Counted from the stretch's first letter, positions 30,459-40,328 are shown. The stretch is 64,000 nt of DNA from Planctomycetota bacterium (GCA_038212275.1 JBBQUR010000008.1:64001-128000), one strand, 5' to 3'. Translations and numbers: made by a program. Notes: generated from the letters alone by a model not told the origin.

Positions 30459-30558
30459 CGCCGGAGCAGGTCCGCGCGCCCTTCGTCTGATGCCGGAGCC
30501 GGGCCTCGCGCCTTTCGTTTAACGCCGGATCCGGGCCTCGCGCCTTTCGCCTGAAGCC
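30445..30558. repeat. 32-bp tandem repeat, ~3.5 copies, copying the oxidoreductase 3' end including the stop codon
   Basis: Units CGCC(C/T)TTCG..T(G/A)A.GCCGGA..... start at 30445, 30477, 30509, 30541. Confidence 0.88.
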
Positions 30559-30593
30559 ATGCGGAGCTTGCGTGCACCTCGCGCCGGCCGCTG

Positions 30594-30624
30594 TGTGATG
30601 TAGAGGCAGTGCCTCAACATCACA
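30594..30624. other. 31-bp near-perfect palindrome between convergent genes
   Basis: TGTGATGT-A-GAGGCA-G-TGCCTC-A-ACATCACA. Confidence 0.8.
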
Positions 30625-30682
30625 TGGCCGGCCACGCGTGCCTCTCGAAGCACTCCTCGCCACGCCTTCGCGGCGCAGTGTG

Positions 30683-31855
30683 TCAGCCGCACACGGCGAC
30701 GGGCCGGCCCGTCGCCAGGCTTTCGGCCTCGGCCTGCAGCTGGGCGGTGAGCGCGGCCGCGTCGGCCATGTCGGCGATGAGCGTCCGCGAACCGCGCGCG
30801 ATCGCTGCCAGCAGGTGCCGCACCTCCCAGTCGTAGCCGGTGCCGGGGGCGAGCATGACCGGCTCGTGCCGGCCCGCGCGCGCCAGCATGAGCGCCGGAT
30901 CGCGCGACAGATCCCAATCGGCGGTCGCATGCTCGAAGCACACCGTGTATCGCATGCGGAAAGGCTGACTGGCGTCGAAGCTCCACCCGCCCTCGGCCAC
31001 GACATGCGCGCCGGGCAGCAGAGCGGCTGACGCGGGCGACGCACCCGACGCGCCCGGTGCGCCCGGTGCGACCGGTGCGACCGGTGCGCCGAAGGCGGCG
31101 TCCTCGAATCGATAGAGCGTCGTGAGGTGATTCACGCTGCCGGTGCTGACGACCTCACTCGGCGGGCCGAAGCAGAAGCGCACGAAGTCTGCGTCGTGAA
31201 CGTGCAGGTCGAAGAGCGCGCCGCCGCTGCGCGCGACGTCACCGTAGAAGGGCGAGGCCGGCCCGGGGTGGCTGCCCACGCGCGTGAAGACGGCGCTGCG
31301 CACCGCGCCGTAGCGACGGCTGGCGATCGCACGCTGCAGCCAGCTCCACGCCGGCCAGAAGCGCATGCACATGGCCGGCATGCAGAGCGTGTCGGCTGCG
31401 CGGGCCAGCGCCGCGAGACGCGTGGCCTGCGCGGCCTCCAGCGCCACCGGCTTTTCCACGAGGACATGCTTGCCCGCGGCCAGCGCAGCCGCCGCGTGCT
31501 CGACGTGCGCCGGCGTCCACGAGCATACGGAGACCAGTTCGACCTCGCGGTCCCCGATCAGCTCCTCGGCGCTGGCGTAGGCTCGCACGAGTGCCGGATC
31601 GAAGGCGCGCGCCGGCGGAGCGTGCTCGTCACGCAACTCCAGATTCCCCTGCGCCCCGACCTGTCCCGCGCGCCGCAGCGGGTCCGGGTCCGCCACGGCG
31701 ACGAGCTGATTGGGCAGGCCCGCCGCGTGCGCCGCGCGATAGCTCGCGAGGTGCTGCCGCCCCATCACGCCCAGCCCGATGATCCCGACGCCGATGGGCC
31801 GATGCTGCGATGCGGCTCCGGCAGCGGCGCCGGCCACCGCGCGTGACGCCTTCAC
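30683..31855 (-). CDS. Cytoplasmic Gfo/Idh/MocA family oxidoreductase
   Basis: 'VGIIGLGVMG', 'KHVLVEKP', 'SGGALFDLHVHD'; GTGA overlap with upstream isomerase. Confidence 0.9.
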   Translation of the reverse strand: MKASRAVAGAAAGAASQHRPIGVGIIGLGVMGRQHLASYRAAHAAGLPNQLVAVADPDPLRRAGQVGAQGNLELRDEHAPPARAFDPALVRAYASAEELIGDREVELVSVCSWTPAHVEHAAAALAAGKHVLVEKPVALEAAQATRLAALARAADTLCMPAMCMRFWPAWSWLQRAIASRRYGAVRSAVFTRVGSHPGPASPFYGDVARSGGALFDLHVHDADFVRFCFGPPSEVVSTGSVNHLTTLYRFEDAAFGAPVAPVAPGAPGASGASPASAALLPGAHVVAEGGWSFDASQPFRMRYTVCFEHATADWDLSRDPALMLARAGRHEPVMLAPGTGYDWEVRHLLAAIARGSRTLIADMADAAALTAQLQAEAESLATGRPVAVCG

Positions 31856-32700
31856 GAAGGAGCGGCCGTGCCGAGCAGCTTCCGCACGAGCGTCGCCGCC
31901 TTGCGGATGTCGCCGACGCGATCGACGCCGGCTTCGCGCTCGATCATCAGATCCGCAGCCGGCGCAACGCGCGCAAGCACCTCGAAGAACCGCGGCCAGT
32001 CGACCTCGCCCGTGCCCACGCAGACTTCCTCGCCCCAGGCGCCCGGCTGGCGCGGCGCGCGCGCGTCCTTGACGTGCACCTGACGCACGTGCGGGCCCAG
32101 CACCGAGAGCGCCTCGACCGGATCGCCCATGCCGTAGAGGAGCATGTTCGCCGGGTCGAAGTTCACGCCGACCGTCGGCCTGTCCAGTTCGGCGAGCACG
32201 TCGAGCATCGTCTCGGCGCGCTCCTGGCCGGTCTCCAGCGCCAGCGCGACGTCGTGCCTGCCGAAGACGTCGGCGAGGGCGCGCAGACGGCCGAGCAGGA
32301 CGGCGCGCAGAGGATCCCTGCGCTCGTGCGGCAGGAAGCCGGCGTGGAAGCTCACCAGCGGAAGGCGCAGGCGCCACGCCAGCGCGGCGCTCTCCGTCGC
32401 GGCCGCGAGGTTTTCCTCCCAGTGTGCATCGACGCGCACGCCACCCGTCGCGGCGATGCTCGCGGGCGAGGTGTAGTCCTCGCCCTTCATGCCGATCATC
32501 CCGGAGCGTGCCGAGAGGCCGGAGGCGGCCAGCGCGTGCACGCTGCGCGCCACGTCCCAGCGCCCGTCGCGCAGCGGATCGAGGGCGAGCTGCACGGATG
32601 TCACGCCGCACTCGAAGACCTTCTGCGCCAGGTCCGCGGGCGAGGCCGCCTTGAGCGACCACGAGCACACGCCCAGCCGACGTTCGGGATGCTGCTTCAC
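31852..32700 (-). CDS. Sugar phosphate isomerase/epimerase (xylose-isomerase-like TIM barrel)
   Basis: 'LGVCSWSL', 'FHAGF', 'LETGQE', 'VNFDPAN', 'QVHVKD', 'IERE'. Confidence 0.9.
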   Translation of the reverse strand: MKQHPERRLGVCSWSLKAASPADLAQKVFECGVTSVQLALDPLRDGRWDVARSVHALAASGLSARSGMIGMKGEDYTSPASIAATGGVRVDAHWEENLAAATESAALAWRLRLPLVSFHAGFLPHERRDPLRAVLLGRLRALADVFGRHDVALALETGQERAETMLDVLAELDRPTVGVNFDPANMLLYGMGDPVEALSVLGPHVRQVHVKDARAPRQPGAWGEEVCVGTGEVDWPRFFEVLARVAPAADLMIEREAGVDRVGDIRKAATLVRKLLGTAAPS

Positions 32701-32804
32701 GACGCGGCAGCATAACGCAGGGCCCCGCGCCGCCCCGCACGTCGGCCGCACGTCGGCCGCAAGACGGCCGCAAGACGGCAGCACGACGGCCGCGCGCCAT
32801 CGAC

Positions 32805-33641
32805 TCAGCCGGTGGCGGTGCCGGTGGTCACAGCTTCGGGACCGCCGGTGAATTCCTTGCGCTTGAGGACCCACGTCGCCAGCGCCAGGAAGACGACCTG
32901 GTAGCCGAGCATCCACGCGAGCGAGGTGACCGCGCCGGTCGGCTCGACCTGCTGCATCGAGTGCACCTGCGGCATGAAGCCGTCCTGGCCGGTCATGAGC
33001 CAGATGAGGTTGCGCGAGTGGAAGGACAACGACAGGATCGAAAAGCCGAGCGGCATGCTGCCGATGAAGCCCTCGAAGAACAGCACGTAGCCCAGCGCAA
33101 TCATCACGGAGCGTCGCAGCGCGAGCCCGAGGAAGATGAACACCGCCGTGTAGCCCGCCATGACGAGCACCATGCCGACGAGCACGAGCAGCAGGTCGGG
33201 CAGGTAGTGGGCCAGCGCCCCCTCGTGCCGCGCCAGGCACAGCACGTAGAGAATGACGATGGCCGGCACGGCCAGCAGCAGCGCGCGCTGCAGGCACGCG
33301 AGCCAACGGCCGATGACCAGCGTCACGCGCGGCACGGGCAGACCGACGACGTAGTAGGCCGTGCCGCCTTCCCACTCGTCACCGAAGGCCGCCGTGCCCA
33401 GGAGGATGAGCGCCAGCGGCAGGATGATGCGCAGGTAGCTGTGGTCGAGCATGTCGACGAAGTGCGCGAAGCCGCTGCCGCGCTCGGCGCCCCAGATGAG
33501 CACCCCGGCCTGCACGAGCAACGGCAGCCCGAGCAGCAGGCTCATGGACAGCAGGCGCTTGCCGCGCAGCGCGCCGGTGCCGGTGCCTGACACGACGGCC
33601 GCGAGCGCGGACCATCCGGTGGGAAGTGCGGGGCGTGCCAT
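32805..33641 (-). CDS. ABC-2 type transporter permease
   Basis: 6 TM helices; 'FGDEWEGGTAYYVVGLPVPR'; in operon with ATPases. Confidence 0.85.
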   Translation of the reverse strand: MARPALPTGWSALAAVVSGTGTGALRGKRLLSMSLLLGLPLLVQAGVLIWGAERGSGFAHFVDMLDHSYLRIILPLALILLGTAAFGDEWEGGTAYYVVGLPVPRVTLVIGRWLACLQRALLLAVPAIVILYVLCLARHEGALAHYLPDLLLVLVGMVLVMAGYTAVFIFLGLALRRSVMIALGYVLFFEGFIGSMPLGFSILSLSFHSRNLIWLMTGQDGFMPQVHSMQQVEPTGAVTSLAWMLGYQVVFLALATWVLKRKEFTGGPEAVTTGTATG

Positions 33642-33655
33642 GTCAGGTCACCATC

Positions 33656-34639
33656 TCAGTTGACGAGGTACGCGAAGACGGAGGAGAGATCCTCGTCCAG
33701 CGGTTCCACGGCGGTGATGTCGATGCGGCCGTCGGCGGCCAGTTCGGCCAGCAGCGTGCACATGCGGTCCGGGCGCAGCGTCTCGAGCACGACGCCGTCG
33801 TCCGCCAGCGTGAGGCCGGCGAGGAGGCCCTCGTGCGCAAGGAGCTGGCCGGCCAGTTCGCGCGGGCGGCTCGTCATCACGCGGATGCGGCGGGCATACT
33901 TGTCGAGCAGGTCGCGGATGTCGGGCACCGTGCCCTCGGCCAGCACCTGCCCGTGGTGCAGCAGGATGATGCCGTTGGTCATGGCCTCGATCTCGTGCAG
34001 CACGTGCGACGAGACCACCACCGTGACGCCCTCGTCGCCCAGCTCGCGCACGACGCGGATGAAGTCGCGACGCATGACCGGATCGAGGCCGGTGAGCGGC
34101 TCATCGAGCACGAGCACGTCGGGGTCGTGCAGCAGCGCCTGCGCGAGCTTCAGGCGCTGGCGCATGCCCTTGCTGAAGGCGCCCGTGCGGCGGTCGATCG
34201 CGGCCGTCATGCCCACGCGCTCGACGACCTCGATGACGCGCCGCCCCGCCGCCTCCCGCGTAAAGCCGCGCTGACGCGCCTGGTCCGTGAGGAAGCGCCG
34301 CAGTGTCAATTCCTCGTACAGGCCGTCGCCATCCGGCACGTAGCCGATGCGCGCGAGCACCGACAGGTTGTTCCGCACGGGCTGGCCGTCCACGAGCACC
34401 GTGCCGTCACCGGGAGTCGCGAGGCCCGTGATGAGCCGGATGAGCGTGGACTTCCCTGCGCCATTGGGCCCGAGCAGTCCGGTGACGCCCGGGCCGATGA
34501 CGAGGTCCACCGCATCCAGAGCCAGCACGTCGCCATACCAGCGCGACACCTTGCTCATGCGCAGCTCGCACGGCGTGCGGCGGCCGTGCGTCGCGGCGCC
34601 CTGGCCGCTGCCCGCGCGCGGATCCAGCGTGGCCGTCAT
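33656..34639 (-). CDS. ABC transporter ATP-binding protein
   Basis: GPNGAGKS, FSKGMRQR, VLDEP, SSH; ATGA overlap. Confidence 0.92.
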   Translation of the reverse strand: MTATLDPRAGSGQGAATHGRRTPCELRMSKVSRWYGDVLALDAVDLVIGPGVTGLLGPNGAGKSTLIRLITGLATPGDGTVLVDGQPVRNNLSVLARIGYVPDGDGLYEELTLRRFLTDQARQRGFTREAAGRRVIEVVERVGMTAAIDRRTGAFSKGMRQRLKLAQALLHDPDVLVLDEPLTGLDPVMRRDFIRVVRELGDEGVTVVVSSHVLHEIEAMTNGIILLHHGQVLAEGTVPDIRDLLDKYARRIRVMTSRPRELAGQLLAHEGLLAGLTLADDGVVLETLRPDRMCTLLAELAADGRIDITAVEPLDEDLSSVFAYLVN

Positions 34640-35559
34640 GCGACCACCTCCACCGGCTTCACGCGCGAGATCATGATTCGGACGCAGATCAGGCTCCAGA
34701 CGAGGAGCGCCAGGGCGGAGACCCACACCGGCACCGTCGTGTTGAAGTGGTCGCTCGAGTCGCCCAGCAGCCAGGCGCCGAGCTGGCGGATGTTCCAGCC
34801 GATCTGCAGCAGGTGGTAGCGGTCGTCGCGGAAGATCTCGAGGAGGATGTTCGACACCACGAACTCCAGCGTGACCACCACGGCCATGAACAGGATGGCG
34901 GCGTTGCGCGCCTTCTCCGTGAGGCTGCTGGCCGCCACGATGAGGAGCGACGGCACGACGATCCAGACCGCGCCGGCCGCCAGCGTGCGCAGCACCATGA
35001 TCAGCAGGCGCCCCATCTCGCCGAAGTCGCCCCACGAGAGCGCGATCTGCTCCAGAATGAGCAGGAGCGTGGGCGCCAGCGTCACCGCCGCGATGAAGGT
35101 CGCGATGGTGGCCAGCTTGCCCAGCAGATACTGGCGCACGGTGACGGGCCGCGACAGGTACAGCTCCAGCGCATTGGCGCGCTTGTCCTCCGCGATGAGC
35201 CCTGCGCCCAGCAGCACGCACGTGAGCAGCACGAACGGCCACTGCACCAGATACAGGTAGATCCAGACGTTCTCGGCGTTCACCGAGGTCATCTGCCGGG
35301 CCTCGCTGCCCTGCATGAAATCGGCGGCGGATTGGAACTGTGCTGCATTGGTCAGCACGTAGAACTGCACGAGCAGGAAGCAGAACGCGAAGACGAAGGG
35401 GCCGAAGGCAATCAAAATGAGCAGCACCGCCGGGACCTTGCGGCGGAACAGCGTGGCCACGCCGCGACGCAGCCCGGCCTGCAGGATGACGGCGAGTCCC
35501 GGCACCGGCGCGTCGCGCTCGCCCTTCCAGCGCGCATAGCTGCGGTCGTGGATCACCAT
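34636..35559 (-). CDS. ABC-2 type transporter permease
   Basis: 'IHDRSYARW', 'GAGLIAEDKRANALELYLSRPV..YLLGK'; TM helices. Confidence 0.85.
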   Translation of the reverse strand: MVIHDRSYARWKGERDAPVPGLAVILQAGLRRGVATLFRRKVPAVLLILIAFGPFVFAFCFLLVQFYVLTNAAQFQSAADFMQGSEARQMTSVNAENVWIYLYLVQWPFVLLTCVLLGAGLIAEDKRANALELYLSRPVTVRQYLLGKLATIATFIAAVTLAPTLLLILEQIALSWGDFGEMGRLLIMVLRTLAAGAVWIVVPSLLIVAASSLTEKARNAAILFMAVVVTLEFVVSNILLEIFRDDRYHLLQIGWNIRQLGAWLLGDSSDHFNTTVPVWVSALALLVWSLICVRIMISRVKPVEVVA

Positions 35560-35570
35560 GCGAGCCGCCC

Positions 35571-35673
35571 CGCGCACGTCATCGCGCACGTCATCGCGCA
35601 CTCCATCGCATGCTCCGTCGCACGCTTCATCGCACGCTTCATCGCACGCTTCGTCGCATGCTTCATCGCACGC
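35571..35673. repeat. 12-bp tandem repeat, ~8 copies (consensus ATCGCACGCTTC), between ABC ATPase and permease
   Basis: Read directly; overlaps the ATPase stop codon. Confidence 0.88.
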
Positions 35674-36661
35674 CTCCGAGCACGTCGATGAGGGCGTCTT
35701 CCAGCGAGACGCGGGAGGGACGCAGCATGCGCACCACGACGCCTGCGGACAGCGCGGCCGCGAAGACGGTGGCGGTCTCGCCTTCGCGGGCGAGGCGCAG
35801 CTCGAAGTCGCGATCCTTCTCGGTGATCACGGCCAGGCCGCGCGACTCGCAAGCCGCGCGAAATGCCGCCGGATCGCCGCCGATGCGCACGCTGCACGCG
35901 TCGGGAGAGCCGTGCGCGAGCTTCGAGAGCGTCTCGTGCCGCACGACCTTGCCGCCCTGCATGACCACCACCGCGTTGCAGACCTCCTCGACGTCGCGCA
36001 GCAGGTGGCTCGAGAGCAGCACGTGAATGCCCTTCTCGCGCGCGAGCAGCCGGATGAGATCGAGCATCTCGATGCGGCCCTTGGGATCGAGGCCGTTGGT
36101 CGGCTCGTCGAGGAACACCAGGTCCGGGTCGTGCACGAGCGCCTGCGCGAGCTTCACGCGCTGCTTCATGCCCGTGCTGTACGTGGCGACGTCGCGGTAA
36201 CGCGCCTCTTCGAGGCCCGCGAAGAGCAGGACCTCGTGCGCGCGGCGGCGCGCGTCGGCGTCGGGCATGCCGGCGAGGCGCCCCGAATACCACGTCGCCT
36301 GGAAGCCGGTGAGGCCGGGGAAGGCCGCATCGCGCTCCGGCATGTAGCCGATGCGGCGGCGCAGGCGACCGTCCGGCTGGCCGATGGCCTGCCCGAGCAC
36401 GCGGCCGCTGCCGGAGCTGGCGTGCAGCAGGCCCAGGAGCGTCTTGATGAGAGTGCTCTTGCCCGCGCCGTTGGGGCCCAGCAGTCCCACGGCGCCGCCG
36501 CCAACGGTCACCGTCACGTTCTCGAGTGCGAGGCGCTCGCCGTACTTCACGCTCAGGCCGTTCAGCTCGATGATCGGCGGACCGGCGGCCGAAGTCGCCT
36601 CCGCGAGCGCCGTCGCCGCAGCCTGCGCGGACGTCACGGACTTCATCGGGGCGTCGCTCAT
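35663..36661 (-). CDS. ABC transporter ATP-binding protein
   Basis: GPNGAGKS, YSTGMKQR, FLDEPT, SSH. Confidence 0.92.
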   Translation of the reverse strand: MSDAPMKSVTSAQAAATALAEATSAAGPPIIELNGLSVKYGERLALENVTVTVGGGAVGLLGPNGAGKSTLIKTLLGLLHASSGSGRVLGQAIGQPDGRLRRRIGYMPERDAAFPGLTGFQATWYSGRLAGMPDADARRRAHEVLLFAGLEEARYRDVATYSTGMKQRVKLAQALVHDPDLVFLDEPTNGLDPKGRIEMLDLIRLLAREKGIHVLLSSHLLRDVEEVCNAVVVMQGGKVVRHETLSKLAHGSPDACSVRIGGDPAAFRAACESRGLAVITEKDRDFELRLAREGETATVFAAALSAGVVVRMLRPSRVSLEDALIDVLGGVR

Positions 36662-36966
36662 GGACGGCCTTGTTCGGAATTGCCGCCCGCCGCTTTCACG
36701 GAGGCGCCCGTCGGACGCGCGCGCAGCAGCGCCCACACGCTGGCCGCGCTCCAGAAACCCTCGAGCGCGACGAACACCGGCTCGTGGATCACTGCCGAGT
36801 ATGCCGCGAGGAGGCCGGCGCCCAGAGCGTTCGCGCCGAGGTAGCGGCGGCTGCGGGCCTCGCAGCGGCCGACCTGGTTGGTCAGGTAAGCCGACACGAG
36901 CATGAGGAAGCCGGCCACCGAGACGGCGCGCCAGATCAGGCCGGGTTCCTCGGGCAAGTGCCGCAC
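36658..36966 (-). CDS. Small membrane protein (CBU_0592-like)
   Basis: 3 TM segments; 'YLGANALGAGLL', 'FVALEGFW'; GGAG before GTG. Confidence 0.65.
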   Translation of the reverse strand: MRHLPEEPGLIWRAVSVAGFLMLVSAYLTNQVGRCEARSRRYLGANALGAGLLAAYSAVIHEPVFVALEGFWSAASVWALLRARPTGASVKAAGGNSEQGRP

Positions 36967-37062
36967 CTCCGCAACCGCCCGACGGCTCGTCGAGGGCGCG
37001 GGCAGTCTAGCGGCGCAGGCTCGCGGTCTCCATCACGCACTCGTCCTGTTCCGTGGCCCGCC

Positions 37063-37098
37063 CATGTCGGCATGTCGGCATGTCGGCATGTCGGCATG
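37063..37098. repeat. 8-bp tandem repeat CATGTCGG x4 in a divergent promoter region
   Basis: Read directly. Confidence 0.9.
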
Positions 37099-37177
37099 CG
37101 GGCAGCGGCTTGTCGCCTCGAGCGCGAAGCCGGCGGCGGTGCGTGCAAGGGTGCCCGGCGGATGGCACGCTCGCAGG

Positions 37178-38338
37178 ATGGGCGGACCGGAGCCGATCCC
37201 CTTTCACGTGAGCGACCTCGGAGCCGAGGAGATCGCCGCCGCGACGGCATGCCTCGCCGGCGGGCTGCTCGGCGGGGACGGGCCGCTGGGCAGGCAGGTC
37301 GAGGCCGCGCTCGCCTCGCTGACCGGCAGCCGGCACGTCCTGCTCCTGACCTCCGCCACCCATGCGCTCGAGCTGGCTCTCATGGCGCTCGAGATCCGCC
37401 CCGGGGACGAGGTCATCCTGCCGTCCTTCACCTTTCCGTCGGCCGCCAACTGCATCCTGGCGCGCGGCGCGCGGCCGGTGTTCGCGGACGTGCGGCCCGA
37501 CACGCTGGAGCTGGACAGCGCCGATGTGCAGCGCGTGCTGAGCCCGCGCACGGCCGCCGTGCTCCCGGTGGACTACGGCGGCACGGGCACCGACCTGCAC
37601 GCCCTGCGGGCCGTGCTCGACGCGCACGGGGCGCCGCGCCGCATCGTCGTCGTGGAGGACGCCGCGCAGGGCATCGACAGCAGGCGCGGAGGCGTGCACG
37701 TCGGCACGGGCGCGGACTGCGGCGCGCTCTCCTTCCACGCCACCAAGAACATCTCGTGCGGCGAGGGCGGCGCGCTGCTCGTGCAGGACGACGCGCTGCA
37801 CCGCCGCGCGGAGATCATGCGCGAGAAGGGCACCAATCGTGCGGCCTTCCTGCGCGGCGAGGTGCCTCGCTACGAGTGGATCGCGCACGGCAGCAGCTAC
37901 GTGCTCTCCGACCTGCTGGCGGCCGTGCTGCTCGCACAGCTCCGCAAGCTGCCCGTGCTGACGGCCGCGCGGCGCGCGATGGCCGCCCGCTACGACGAGG
38001 CCTTCGCCGGGCTGTTCGCGCGCGGCGTGCTGCGGCCCCTGGCCACGCCGCGCGACGCCGTGCCCAACGCGCACCTCTACGCGCTGCGCACCCGGAATGC
38101 CGGGGCGCAGGTCTCGCTGCGCCGCCACCTCGCGGCCCGCGGCATCGCCGCGCCCTTCCACTTCGTGCCGCTGCACACGACCGACTTCGCGCGGCGCACC
38201 CTCGGCGCCCCCCGCCACCTGCCCGTGACCGACGATGCCTGGGCCACGCTGCTGCGCCTGCCGCTGTATCCGCAGCTCGCCGCGGCCGGACAACTGCGCA
38301 TCGTGGAGGCCGTCCAGGACTGGGCGCGGCAGCCATGA
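37178..38338 (+). CDS. wecE: DegT/WecE-like dTDP-4-amino-4,6-dideoxyhexose transaminase
   Basis: 'SATHALE', 'PSFTFPS', 'EDAAQG', 'SFHATKNISCGEGG', 'EKGTNR..FLRG', 'GSSY'. Confidence 0.85.
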   Translation: MGGPEPIPFHVSDLGAEEIAAATACLAGGLLGGDGPLGRQVEAALASLTGSRHVLLLTSATHALELALMALEIRPGDEVILPSFTFPSAANCILARGARPVFADVRPDTLELDSADVQRVLSPRTAAVLPVDYGGTGTDLHALRAVLDAHGAPRRIVVVEDAAQGIDSRRGGVHVGTGADCGALSFHATKNISCGEGGALLVQDDALHRRAEIMREKGTNRAAFLRGEVPRYEWIAHGSSYVLSDLLAAVLLAQLRKLPVLTAARRAMAARYDEAFAGLFARGVLRPLATPRDAVPNAHLYALRTRNAGAQVSLRRHLAARGIAAPFHFVPLHTTDFARRTLGAPRHLPVTDDAWATLLRLPLYPQLAAAGQLRIVEAVQDWARQP

Positions 38339-38455
38339 CGAGACGATCCGGCCGGCGGACGAAGCGCTCTCCCCGACTTTCGAGCCGGCACGGAGTGCGC
38401 TTAGGATGTGCGCCGCGCGGGTCGCACCGAGCTCCGCAGGGCGCAGCATCGGACC

Positions 38456-38503
38456 AGCGACCTAGCGACCTAGCGACCTAGCGACTTGGCGACTTGGCGA
38501 CCC
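38456..38503. repeat. 8-bp tandem repeat (A/G)GCGAC(C/T)T, ~6 copies, intergenic
   Basis: Read directly. Confidence 0.88.
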
Positions 38504-38565
38504 GGCGGACCATCGGACCGGCGGCCCGACCCGCAACCCACCTCCCGCAGGCACGAGGATCAAGC

Positions 38566-39771
38566 ATGAGTCACGTTGAGCGCACGCGTCGTCGTCACAC
38601 CGCTGGACTGCGCGTGTTTGCGCTGGCCAGCCTGCTCGGTTTTCTGGCGGGGTGCGTGGGCAGCGCGGACGGATTCCTCGGCACGCTCAGCCCGGACCTC
38701 CACGTCGAGCTGCTGAGCATCTCATCCAAGACCATCCCGGGCGGGCTCGAGGACGACGGCGACCTCAAGGACGTGAAGCTCTCGGACCGGTCGAGCTTCA
38801 AGCCGAGCAAGGGCGCCACGTCGGGCGTCGACAAGCGGCTGCGCATGAAGAGCAAGCGCGACGCCGGTGCGGCATGTTTCGTTTCCGAACGCGAGACCAC
38901 GGGCAACGTCTCGTCGCGCGTGCGCGTGGCGTTCGACTCGATCTAGGGACTGGTCGACGGCCAGTCGCTCGGCTTTCTCGAGCGGCGGCCGATGCCACAG
39001 GGCGAGGAGCCCGTGCTGCGCGTCGAAGCGGTCGTCAACCTCGGCATCGACGGATTCATCATCCGCTACCGCGAGAACGGCGTGCAGGTAGGCGAGGACG
39101 CGGAGCTGCCGGAATCGCACGATGTGCAGCTCTTCCTCGAGGACCTCGGCGCCTCGATCGTCGCCAGGGGAGCCCGCGCGAGCGGCGACGGGCTGGATGA
39201 CTACACCGACACCATCTCGTTTCCCGCCCACGACCAGACCGGCGGTGACGAAGCCTCCGTCGTGGCCTTCGGCAGCACGGGCCTCGGAAAGTCCGGCGCG
39301 CTCTACTTCGATCAGTTCGTGCTGTCCTTCGACGACGCCGTGCACGCTGGCGAAACCGAAGGAGAGATCATGGGAAAGCTCACGGTGGCCTGGGTGAACC
39401 TCCAGTACGCGATCACGATGGTGCCGTTCGGCCTCGCTGCGAAGGATTCCGTGGTGAGCCTCTGCTTCGGATCCTCCTCGCCGATCTCCCAGGCCGAGGA
39501 CCTGCTGAACGAAGGGAACGAGAACCACACGCTGGCGGCGACGACCAATGTCCCCGCCGTGCACAAGAACTTCTGGGAATCTCTGTCGTCCATCGTCGAC
39601 GTCATCAACATCCTCACGGCGCCGGACGTGTCCGAAGCGAGCTTCAAGAAGGTCGGCAAGAGCCTGCAGCACGCACTCGATCATGTCGAGCTCGCCATCG
39701 GCCAGGTCAATGGCCTCAAGGTCACCAGCCACTCGAAGCTCAACAAGACGGCGACCTTCACGATGGAGTGA
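38566..39771 (+). pseudogene. Hypothetical lipoprotein with a single in-frame TAG (38944-38946)
   Basis: Lipobox LAGC; ORFs 38566..38946 and 38992..39771 are in frame and read 'AFDSI*GLVDGQSLGF' across the stop. Confidence 0.65.
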
Positions 39772-39839
39772 GGCGCTCCGCGGGCGCCACGTGCCCCGTG
39801 GTTTGACCCGGCTCGACCGGGCTTCCCGCGACAGGAGAC

Positions 39840-40328
39840 ATGGACGTGACGGCAAGCAACGACTCCTCGGCCGAACCGCGCCGCGACTTCCTGCGGCGCG
39901 GCGTGCAGCTCGGCGCGCTCGCCGCCGCAGCGGCGCTGGCCGGCTCCGCACCCGCCTGCGCCCTGTTCCTCAAGCAGGCGAAGCCTGACGCGACACTGGC
40001 GCCGGCGCCGGAGGGCGACCGCGTGCGCGTGCCTGCCGGGTTGCTTCCCTGGAACACCGGGCGGCCCGCCCTGGTGATCGCCGTGACCGGGCGCGACGGC
40101 AAGCTGCTGCTCTTCCGCACCGCGGATGGCGAGACGCTGGCACTGGACATGACCTGCACGCACCTCGGCTGCGACGTCGGACTCGACCTGCCGGACCGCA
40201 AGCTCGTCTGCCCCTGCCACGGCAGCGAGTACGACCTGCACGGCGGCAACCTGAAGGGCCCGGCCGACGAGCCGCTCGCGCAGCACGCCGTCACGCAGGA
40301 CGGCGCCGACGTGCTCATCGCGCTGTAG
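39840..40328 (+). CDS. Tat-exported Rieske [2Fe-2S] protein
   Basis: 'RRDFL', CTHLGC, CPCHGS, GPA; AGGAG RBS. Confidence 0.92.
   Translation: MDVTASNDSSAEPRRDFLRRGVQLGALAAAAALAGSAPACALFLKQAKPDATLAPAPEGDRVRVPAGLLPWNTGRPALVIAVTGRDGKLLLFRTADGETLALDMTCTHLGCDVGLDLPDRKLVCPCHGSEYDLHGGNLKGPADEPLAQHAVTQDGADVLIAL

Noticed and set aside
30445..30558. CRISPR array (32-bp repeats)
   Set aside because: No spacers; the unit derives from the adjacent gene end
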